Virus record (IMG/VR): IMGVR_UViG_3300042197_001007
Strand: one strand, 5' to 3'
Length of the DNA stretch: 64,000 nt
Source: a virus
Below, in pieces: positions 39,801-44,032 of this stretch (its first letter is position 1; every line of letters begins with the position of its first letter). The notes below the pieces were generated by a model, which ran no database searches, was not told the origin of the DNA, and was given only the letters and a program-made list of their open reading frames with translations. A program made the translations under genes and the position numbers.

Positions 39801-40651
39801 GTTGTCGCATCGACAAGTTTCAAACTTTCAATAACACGACTGTCAGAAAGAGGTCCAACAATTCTGTTCTCTTGAATACTGAAATCAAACTCACCAGGAT
39901 CGTCAATTGTTGGTTGATATGCTGAGAATGCCTTAGCAATCTTTCTATAGAACAGTCCTAGCTCTTCACTATCAGCATATTCAAATACTGTTAGTTTGTG
40001 GTGAGAATAGTTAGGAGCAGTAAGTTTGGTGAAGTCAGTTGGATCGTAATAAACTTCACCAGTTCCAGCAGCAGAGTTGTAAAGAGGTGATTCTGAAGTT
40101 GTCTGACCATCTTTAATCGTAAACTGCCAGAAATAGCAACCACCAGTTACATTGAAGATCGCAGAACGTGGAACAGTAACAGATGCTGGATCTGGAACGT
40201 AGAGAGGTCTGATCGTTGTTCTACGAAGATCATAACCAACAAGTGATGAACCACGAGGAATGATCGCACCACCTTCAGTGTTGTTAAACTTATAAAGTAC
40301 GTTGTTTGGATTTGAAATATCAAGAATGCTATTATCAGTCCAAGCATTCAGAGCTTGATCAAAACCAAATACATCAATGCCAGTAGTATCTACAAGACCA
40401 GGACGGTTGTCAATATAGTGAATACCAGGCATCAGCATGATGCTGAACTGGTCAAAACGGTCATTATCCTTACCAGGAAGATAAGAATATCTTGCGATTT
40501 CTAAGAAAGCACGTTGGATACTTTTGAAAGGGGTGATTGGTGAATTACCTCTGTTCGATAACGCATCTGTTGCGTTAAAATCATCAGGCGAAACATAAAG
40601 ATACTTACCAGTTTTTGAACTGATAAGGTTATCCAGACGTGTTAATGGCAT
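27839..40651 (-). CDS. giant virion structural / long tail fibre protein (4270 aa) with six phycobiliprotein-like repeats
   Basis: Uninterrupted ORF after a late promoter, upstream of collar proteins; N-terminal YV...G.D.N.G...PFK.I..A pattern; repeats KCxRD(I/L)G..VDA...DL..GGN. Confidence 0.8.
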   Translation of the reverse strand: MPLTRLDNLISSKTGKYLYVSPDDFNATDALSNRGNSPITPFKSIQRAFLEIARYSYLPGKDNDRFDQFSIMLMPGIHYIDNRPGLVDTTGIDVFGFDQALNAWTDNSILDISNPNNVLYKFNNTEGGAIIPRGSSLVGYDLRRTTIRPLYVPDPASVTVPRSAIFNVTGGCYFWQFTIKDGQTTSESPLYNSAAGTGEVYYDPTDFTKLTAPNYSHHKLTVFEYADSEELGLFYRKIAKAFSAYQPTIDDPGEFDFSIQENRIVGPLSDSRVIESLKLVDATTDPSIPASTTEVQVTTKVDHGYFAGQFVSISNTNIDDVLEGFFPIKEIDENDPRKFTYEVPFVVGGIGNNIVSGQTISVDTTPALGQNAQTLAEVDSVESASPYVFNVSIRSTWGICGIWANGLKATGFRSMVIAQYTGVSLQKDDRAFIRYDEYSNTWNQASLTDAFATVPYHAKGDSYWKDEWRNFHVRASEDAFIQNVSIFAVGFADHFLMESGGDMSITNSNSNFGNTSLHAIGFKGFAFNQDKGGYITDIIPPKRAVEGSENIEKIAYYTVDIQGTIQNPNNYTKLFLGSDDIITPADRPAATIDGYRLGAKSSDKLYVKLDPAPGTGEIFNVELEPTGFLKYIAKGSILNPTGISINSVYADAANLIESNRTMIQEEVFGYILEKYPRLQNIPYVNPGLNPAAGRYFDARNLILNNRQEIVDTAFQQMVDTFGIGNIQGVANGKCKRDIGFIVDAIAEDLRDGGNLNTIEATKFYFNGDGTPLQNGLVGEENYAVFAFNRARDLCKKAVANLLTVKADIYDPDPTSILAPYGVIAGSTGSAALGLNSEGVTVDAANKQDPAGRYKDARNRIIDNREFILDAALAEIAVYHPDFYIPGDTQSNAQSRFADAFRLIRRNSKEIADRALAKIAVDYPDFYFPGDAQTTADSRFYDSYRLIQQNKTEIVNTAWTNMVTQYPGVASTETKCKRDLGYFVDAVSLDLFIRGNEYSYRFAAEYFTNATTPISNGLVGEVTESIYAFNQAKTLMKSAITNQLTVKDLTITADPATGSNTDPTSCANVRSAIDTLSGIITTIINDGNLNSLPLQINKGSAPAGMKKCARDIGYFIDAISVDVFTGGNKHTRTFIQQYFTNATTPISNGLVGETAQSNTAFNEAAEFMRRAITNQLYYKDLTITADPATGSNVDPTSCANVQSAITTLAGIVTAAVTAGNLNSLPAENAGTFLTGETKCRRDIGHIVDAVAQDLWFGGNEYTIAATKEYFTNATTLLTNGVAGETGPSITAFRRAQDLMNRAVNNQYYDRDLTITLDNTEEPAVFSDIHSNVFLTIMDNKKFIAKEAYQRMKLAYPSYVPQTGNTEQDCLDDVYDVLDQIAYDIKFGGNSKTYDAALVYVTNVFNGQPVQTFIDAERDEAAKVFLEAKKVTIDVINNVAVTPTAGNNETQVFDFTQTHDWDADELLPKCGSAIAATDTLFGIIIQAIGNDGGVGNLTGITRTAPVQPTTYALGNCSDVLATIDVLISIVVDSLYAGNLNSLPPLSNGEWDCANVRSSIENLFDIVTDAISTGSLAGLPTANPGDFIVNATQSKCYRDVSYIVDALVNDLRLGGNINSIQAGEAYYVGNNLTYIDGEKPETIDAWNYVGQLATAAMRNFDVLAVNCVTTSGSAIVNVADTRGIVIGMRVVEYATSPTPYVNGLLQSNAVAIYSNIPKDTFVKRIVSNTQIELGVANARLTTGNTVNALQNSTTTKLYFTFEKGQWANILPKTVTVGPEASNPDVIQDTQAYTPSAPTQRECAGVANAIETLVGNITTIINSGLGTVARQEQTVNTALLSSRATVFTIDTTGYGSTNAHNFETGTPVRLVPRPRFDVDTGKYVEVDKRLIRLPKGFETNRTYYVIAPGRRTQPEDYSTTTFFNGSDQTKLMLATSKENAAAGIYIYASETSSIDPNVEIDLYQFVLDDKYTLHSYECNLTNSVNAGIETDVSHIFDVPSASTTPHRVFFRAVEGGQLPLVASTYSNDATVAVTNPQNANVGRINPQIEFFARYQNDKVFTIHKTHADAINNVNPITFASGQVGLVFDVFANKRRSPMKFDPAFTDAVSSTGKWYIQCKDQVTAQPTSVQEENIFWRLHQSDYSDRPRTTDMWYERLEDTREADDRTYKIRYVIPKYLENARDPINGFVLKTRTDDTRKLIPQKVLLKPVTGSVYGARFENPVQAGEYIGYTAAQFATNNLNEDAAYDPYKKDLTGQGIEYRAFARFTSGIQATIQSGRYVADDLNPNIKYLELTVYDHAVDATNFPGLRNEIFTTVKITAPQGGEFVTNKTQSITANQVSFSGYSSGLANIHAYYSVGGDHYLIIKNVRGGKLEYSEYDNVRFTQGSVFADMLEDQDMGKSLPLKTLIRKGYPEYYWRQNGANVYTITPGDRIQDDAGVEYYVESVADAGIIEDTFYIFASETLQRRIAGQQDGIYYLTALRGNISPFPTGAGVINNFKNFKFSQPVSRLYPLNYRNDPLWFQKNGTTNEEKNYYAALIDPPQAFSAADNYTHGLVTVNDYKNSVTRELVEDLITQSAFIENEYSGANAIQAQDGNATSGSEDRLIPIAGNSSVLSDQRYYVELRRPSIARAGNHTFEYLGFGPGNYSTGLPARQEVVLTPDQDFYAQSKKQDAGIVFYTGINSQGDLYIGNRRINAITGEETFIDAAVLADDGDENDVIGGLVTTFDTPVTFNQNITIVGGDGSLVSSVEAPLVIAVQDEDLTQQRDVLIIRSNVSSVDPVTQLEQDEGLDRTAFRPPTNGDIRISKNRVQSAVFGFNARGNGQAYMFQTHTSAGIPSNITPNQTALIAQGGTRISSAQFITYGGVTPRPGDVLIKGLEVGKTGSFGWILANYYQQIPNNSIFTITFDGSNVVKLTFKSADTGVNISNQDIGITSGSQIRVNNFYYDPRLNLTWVVYSPPGDAFSSTNNYVHFQVIDQIPQAVENWADIIAGTAVGATPPSIEFSNASWKEIGVIGAEALRTETENIGNYKLGINTIARAPHTAHTNAFVDPATTDPRANLDVVGKGYISGKTLSTAPNNFLANANPTNRTFNAISDAFVVGGDSLAPTNYSTLRVDTRTVAITEAGRGNNLGRIGINTDETVTAKQLNRALVVVGDARFTEDVRFERDIEVHGNGSILSSVAEIRTNVALGTFNLVTDSTFTGTLNIGNKVENIFIGDTTSEDQFIVIGSDSLHSNISLGVTPDARPSDGALTISKVEIGGAYLNNESQSFTRIKTKSFKVDGDFQLGARRTISDTVRLSTTAGTVSFFSDSGSASTIDFALNASEINIAGQGGTTTINNQLEVIASAKFNGDVLICGGVASFSFVGSRGQLGSTISAHQDGIINETTFNKNIDIVNVLVKSNTDEGYNEVDTAGSGAWGGLTFQAPVLNIGGTPVVEPQSLPALTGDLYYLPLLNAPLKQNGEPYFVENDYIIINSAVSASGHPEILQVVELVRTNVAPYYIKVRRRPLGTFTAVLTNHPDRTPIYKVNVQFDSTWTEQSLDGTGPTDNVYLAEFGGSLTNNDYVIVDRTDTNNDGIFDQGEVIKVVSPLEQQVQKFRISSDCSSEENDVFVVNSVTGEVLIGNPDVPGSQLTLNSTLKLSGGCGTLSKIQFTATATAGSSVLSGVTVTSVGKTINDLRLGDYLHNITNQSPLEFDKDTKISGINTATSEIYLNSPALGSSTISATFEARRNEKFEITNGEGVTTFQVDTCTGTTHIGSQYGRIEIEYAFSGNNTTNTTTSSIVTAFDSGNITRAYGYWYDPQIAAEGGPDTTIRATATGSSNQVQVPVQSLGVGTGRFDIDDLVFIGTPTAASTGVGRFIIGKVIQVITDVTNPTIVVAAPGDGIDTSASFIPGDSVFATGNVVRRVIKHKEFANIIDVEMRTRVITGSSSQYCSIILDKGYIVQQKLDYQGWIALANNSGAQIWASVEGRLQGVVHETSMNEQRTDGAIPYRSGKLEIASDVKLIGGNFEIYDSVNQTRLFGFVNDDGHADHQGLLVWDAGVVARGDFFLFSGQDPENVITDPYSYVPSFSADNLGNVTARKTLTVTGIPSAAPSTSLKQLSVENLGINGAKEFAVKQDNSIDSFGLENFYTSSGARHTRYISAASAEEDLTLIPNIMYMVNVQASQTLVLILPTAPVTGDVVRIVEVGGNLNYNTSLVLRTAESSGVRIQGDNTGTLLGGRLTPYPSGELVVQTPNAAFGLIYLGGTDSNGQVGIPTAVQGWWLMEV

Positions 40652-40691
40652 GATTAATACTGACCCGTAGATTATGATTTATCCTTGGATT

Positions 40692-40699
40692 TATTTATA
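40692..40699 (-). promoter_or_regulatory. T4-type late promoter
   Basis: Perfect TATAAATA about 40 nt upstream of the giant gene ATG. Confidence 0.8.
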
Positions 40700-40814
40700 C
40701 GCCAGGATCGTAGTTGTTCCGCAATATTAGAATTCTTGAAATTTCTCTAAGGCAAATAAAAATATAATTAAACTGTTCTTTCCAGGTTACATCTCCGCGA
40801 ATTTTGTCTAACAT
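40695..40814 (-). CDS. small hypothetical protein (start revised to MLDKIRG)
   Basis: The track ORF start lies inside tRNA-Asn. Confidence 0.45.
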   Translation of the reverse strand: MLDKIRGDVTWKEQFNYIFICLREISRILILRNNYDPGV

Positions 40815-40828
40815 ATTTTTCTCCAAAA

Positions 40829-40901
40829 CTCCCCCACCTGGACTCGAACCAGGAACCCCAGAGTTAACAGCTCCGTGCTCTGCCAATTGAGCTATAAGGG
40901 A
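40829..40901 (-). tRNA. trnN: tRNA-Asn(GTT)
   Basis: Cloverleaf TCCCTTA...TGGGGGA-G; anticodon loop CTGTTAA; TTCGAGT T-loop. Confidence 0.95.
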
Positions 40902-40907
40902 ATGAAA

Positions 40908-41078
40908 TTAGGACTGTTTGGTGTCCATTAGATATTCTACAGTGTTTGCTATATCATTCATAGCATCACGTAGATGTGGTTGTTGTCCGCTTTCCTGACG
41001 AACAATTGGTCTATGATCATCTGTAAGTGACCAGCGCCATTGTTTCATTATAGCACAGTACCACAGATTAATTTTCAT
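40908..41078 (-). CDS. conserved cyanophage hypothetical protein (start MKINLWY)
   Basis: 3' part of the track ORF. Confidence 0.6.
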   Translation of the reverse strand: MKINLWYCAIMKQWRWSLTDDHRPIVRQESGQQPHLRDAMNDIANTVEYLMDTKQS

Positions 41079-41223
41079 TTTTGAAACTTTCCAATCGTAA
41101 CCAATTAGCGAGGGCGTTGAGTTGCATTCTTTTGTCTTCAGTGAAATCATGTTGTTTATTGAAAAGATAGAAATCAATAGCCTCTAGTGCTAGTTGTCTG
41201 TCTGCTTGTGAAATGAGTGACAT
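41068..41223 (-). CDS. hypothetical protein (start MSLISQ)
   Basis: The track start lies in tRNA-Ala. Confidence 0.6.
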   Translation of the reverse strand: MSLISQADRQLALEAIDFYLFNKQHDFTEDKRMQLNALANWLRLESFKNEN

Positions 41224-41242
41224 AGTGAGTATAAAGAACTCA

Positions 41243-41315
41243 TGGAGAATAGGAGACTCGAACTCCTGACAGCCTGCTTGCAAAGCAGGTGCTCTACCAA
41301 CTGAGCTAATTCCCC
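41243..41315 (-). tRNA. trnA: tRNA-Ala(TGC)
   Basis: Cloverleaf; G3:U70 Ala identity pair; anticodon TGC. Confidence 0.95.
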
Positions 41316-41392
41316 TGGGGGCGGGAGTTGGATTTGAACCAACGACCTGCGGCTTATGAGACCGCTGAACTACCAGACTGTTCCATCCCGCT
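41316..41392 (-). tRNA. trnM: tRNA-Met(CAT), initiator-like, with encoded CCA
   Basis: A1:C72 mismatch, A11:U24 pair, TTCAAAT T-loop, anticodon CAT. Confidence 0.85.
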
Positions 41393-41493
41393 ATAAGGTG
41401 CCGCTAGTGCCAGCGGCACACCAGGCACTTGGTTGTTTCGGATATGATGATCCCGAAACATATGATAAGATCGGATATTTCCAACCTTATCAA
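41393..41493 (-). ncRNA. unassigned structured RNA between tRNA-Thr and tRNA-Met
   Basis: Four consecutive hairpins filling about 100 nt; two have complementary loops AGUGCC/GGCACU. Confidence 0.6.
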
Positions 41494-41567
41494 AGCCCAA
41501 GGTCGGACTTGAACCGACGACCTACGGTTTACAAAACCGTTGCTCTATCCAGCTGAGCTACTCAGGC
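41494..41567 (-). tRNA. trnT: tRNA-Thr(TGT)
   Basis: Cloverleaf; ACGGT-TTTGTAA-ACCGT anticodon arm. Confidence 0.95.
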
Positions 41568-42082
41568 ATTCTGACAAATTTAAATGCTCCCCAATCAGAT
41601 CCCCATATTTTAGCATGAGTTTCGGCATGAAGACCACGATCAACTACATGATATTCAGTTTTAGTGAGAGTGACTTCGTTTTGAACATAGGTTTTTACAC
41701 CCTGCCAATCAACCCAGCACTCACAGGTGGAGGTGCCACCTTGAAACATTTCAGGTCCCGTCTGCGTAATAATAATATCACACCCCTCTCGGTATGTCAA
41801 GATGTCATCTGTGATAAGATCAAGATTTTGACATTCAACAAACCGTTTTGGATCTTCAATCTCGTAATTCTTGAGACGGAACTGACCCTTCTCAATCACT
41901 ACATCAATTACAAACTGACGATATGGGTTATTTAGAAGATAGTTATAAGCTTGTTCACCATAGAAGCGATAATCGGAAATTTTCCGATGTTGTACCCGAA
42001 TATGAGCATAACGAGTTGGATGAGATTGTGCTTGATGTTTATTGGCAAAAGTGCCTTCAAGATATTCAAGAAACTGGTTCAT
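41558..42082 (-). CDS. cpeT: CpeT/CpcT-like T-type phycobilin lyase
   Basis: G.F.N..QA...P..YAHI.V...Y.EQAY...PYRQ...GCD...WG pattern. Confidence 0.85.
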   Translation of the reverse strand: MNQFLEYLEGTFANKHQAQSHPTRYAHIRVQHRKISDYRFYGEQAYNYLLNNPYRQFVIDVVIEKGQFRLKNYEIEDPKRFVECQNLDLITDDILTYREGCDIIITQTGPEMFQGGTSTCECWVDWQGVKTYVQNEVTLTKTEYHVVDRGLHAETHAKIWGSDWGAFKFVRMPE

Positions 42083-42347
42083 CTGGCAAAACTTCGGGAT
42101 TAACTAAGTCCAATTCAAATAACACTGGATGGCATTCTTCAGCAATAAGATAGTCAGAATAACGAAAAATTTCGTCCATTGTATATTCTTGATTGAGTGC
42201 TGCTTCTGCCAAGATCCATTTGTCTTGTTTTTCCTGTTCTTCTAATATATCAAATGCGAACGGAATATTCTCAATATAATACATCAAAACGGGTTCATTG
42301 TCAACAAAGACATGCTTCCGAGTGATTGTATATCTGAAAACTGCCAT
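42066..42347 (-). CDS. hypothetical protein
   Basis: ORF track. Confidence 0.65.
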   Translation of the reverse strand: MAVFRYTITRKHVFVDNEPVLMYYIENIPFAFDILEEQEKQDKWILAEAALNQEYTMDEIFRYSDYLIAEECHPVLFELDLVNPEVLPDEPVS

Positions 42348-42390
42348 TACATTTGATCTCTCAAAATTTCCTGTTACTATTTAACAGGAA

Positions 42391-42463
42391 TACCCGTGGT
42401 CGGATTCGAACCGACACTGGAGGGATTTTAAGTCCCCTGTCTCTGCCGTTGGACTACACGGGC
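42391..42463 (-). tRNA. trnL: tRNA-Leu(TAA) with short variable loop
   Basis: 73-nt cloverleaf; loop CTTAAAA; variable region only about 5 nt; A73. Confidence 0.85.
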
Positions 42464-42468
42464 ATAGG

Positions 42469-42541
42469 TGCTCCTTGAGGGGATCGAACCCACCTTAGCC
42501 GAATTATGAGTTCGGTGCATTCACCAGATTGCTAAAGGAGC
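42469..42541 (-). tRNA. tRNA with CAT anticodon (elongator Met or lysidine Ile2)
   Basis: GCTCCTT/AAGGAGC acceptor stem; CCGAA-CTCATAA-TTCGG anticodon arm. Confidence 0.85.
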
Positions 42542-42543
42542 GA

Positions 42544-42615
42544 TGGGGATGCTGGGAGTTGAACCCAGACTAACCCGTTATAAGCAGGCCGCTCTAACCA
42601 TTAAGCTACACCCCC
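42544..42615 (-). tRNA. trnI: tRNA-Ile(TAT)
   Basis: Cloverleaf; loop CTTATAA; A73. Confidence 0.85.
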
Positions 42616-42622
42616 ATGGGGT

Positions 42623-42748
42623 TCATATACTTAACAGTTTTTTCTTTAACGCCTGACGACGTGCTTTTGCTTGGCGTATCGCCTGTGGTTTCAGACTACG
42701 CTTCTGCTGCTTTTTGCTGTGATGCTGCCAGTTGGGAAGCGTAGTCAT
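42623..42748 (-). CDS. small basic cyanophage protein (41 aa, not in ORF track)
   Basis: MTTLPNWQHHSKKQQKRSLKPQAIRQAKARRQALKKKLLSI*; directly after a promoter. Confidence 0.65.
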   Translation of the reverse strand: MTTLPNWQHHSKKQQKRSLKPQAIRQAKARRQALKKKLLSI

Positions 42749-42774
42749 TGTTCTCTGGTGTTCTGTATGTATGT

Positions 42775-42833
42775 ATAATACCCGATTATTGGGCGTTCGT
42801 CAAGGGCAGTGTGACAGTTGCTTTTCTGGCACT
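42775..42833 (-). promoter_or_regulatory. early promoter with 24-bp palindrome, upstream of the tRNA cluster
   Basis: TTGACG (42798-42803), 17 bp, TATTAT (42775-42780); TGTGACAGTT-GCTT-TTCTGGCACT at 42810-42833; 29-bp gap. Confidence 0.85.
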
Positions 42834-42926
42834 CTGCTGGGCAATAAATGCCCGAAGCTCTGGGCTTTCTTCCCATTCCCAGGTACGACCTTTCTTATCA
42901 ATCCATTGCTTTTTAGGATTACTCAT
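42786..42926 (-). CDS. small hypothetical protein (46 aa, not in ORF track)
   Basis: MSNPKKQWIDKKGRTWEWEESPELRAF...*. Confidence 0.55.
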   Translation of the reverse strand: MSNPKKQWIDKKGRTWEWEESPELRAFIAQQSARKATVTLPLTNAQ

Positions 42927-42958
42927 ACTCTAATTTCCTCTGAACTTTGGACAGAGTT

Positions 42959-42987
42959 ATTGTACTCGGTTTCTGAGGTTATGTCAA
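42959..42987 (-). promoter_or_regulatory. sigma70-type promoter
   Basis: TTGACA (42982-42987), 17 bp, TACAAT (42959-42964). Confidence 0.8.
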
Positions 42988-42991
42988 GGGG

Positions 42992-44032
42992 TCAGTTGAG
43001 CAGGATCAGAGCACCTTTGATTGATACATCTGCTGTAGCAGTGATATTGACATCTGTTCCAGAAATAATATCAATACTTCCTGCGCCAGAACTAATCAGA
43101 ATATCTCCAGTAGCAGATGCCAAATCAATACCAGCAACGCCATAACCATAAAATCCACCGGTTGTTGCCGTAAATGTAATATCTTCTGTAGCAGCAGTAA
43201 ATCTAATGCCACCAAGAAGTGTGCTAACTTGATATGTTTCTGATCTATCTTTAATCAATGGAGGAACTGGTTTACCGCCAGCAACAACCTGTTGAGATGC
43301 TCCACCAACCCACTGTTTATAATCTCCAAGTATTTTCCAATTCACATGACCAGGAGAAACCCAGTTGACTGAAGCACGAGGATCAAATTGTAAGTTGGTT
43401 GTTTCGGATGCTCCAAAAGTCATCTTTTGACCAGATACAACTTCCTTATCATTTGTTGTAACTTTTTCTACATTTCCAGCGTATAATTCAATACTACCAG
43501 CACCATTATTAGCTTGTATTTTTACTGTTTGACCTGCTAAAATAAGTTCTTCTGCGGCAGATATAATAATTTTTTGTGCGTAAATGTGCCGTTCACTTCC
43601 AGTAGCACTTTCAATTACATCACCATAAGCAATAATGTTGAGTGCTTGCCCCTCTCCATCAGTTCCAGCACTATATTCAATATCAGTTCTTTCAAGATGT
43701 TGTTGTTGCTGACCGTATGTTTTGATTGATAATTTGCCACTACCAGCACCAATTTCAGGATCATGAATTCCTGTTACAATCTTAATGCTACCAGTATTAT
43801 CAAATGTAATAAATCCATCACTTGGACCATCAATACGCAAAGCACATGTCTGCCCATCAGGAAACATTCTTTCATAGATTTCAGATCTAGTTAGAGCTCC
43901 TTTATACCAAGTGTTGTATCTTGGTTTATCAGTTAATTCCTGAGTTTCATCTGGTGTAGTTGGTTTTGCTGGACCATTTGTGTATAAGGTATCATATACT
44001 CTTTTACTGGCAGCATAAGAATAATTCGTCAT
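42992..44032 (-). CDS. gp5 C-terminal-like beta-strand repeat (spike) protein
   Basis: ATGA-coupled to gp5; repetitive beta-strand content (I.I.A..DV.I.G). Confidence 0.55.
   Translation of the reverse strand: MTNYSYAASKRVYDTLYTNGPAKPTTPDETQELTDKPRYNTWYKGALTRSEIYERMFPDGQTCALRIDGPSDGFITFDNTGSIKIVTGIHDPEIGAGSGKLSIKTYGQQQQHLERTDIEYSAGTDGEGQALNIIAYGDVIESATGSERHIYAQKIIISAAEELILAGQTVKIQANNGAGSIELYAGNVEKVTTNDKEVVSGQKMTFGASETTNLQFDPRASVNWVSPGHVNWKILGDYKQWVGGASQQVVAGGKPVPPLIKDRSETYQVSTLLGGIRFTAATEDITFTATTGGFYGYGVAGIDLASATGDILISSGAGSIDIISGTDVNITATADVSIKGALILLN

Noticed and set aside
41356-41556. Track ORFs spanning tRNAs (41356-41556, 40695-40886, 41068-41283)
   Set aside because: They overlap clear tRNA cloverleafs; only the short downstream parts with their own ATG were kept.
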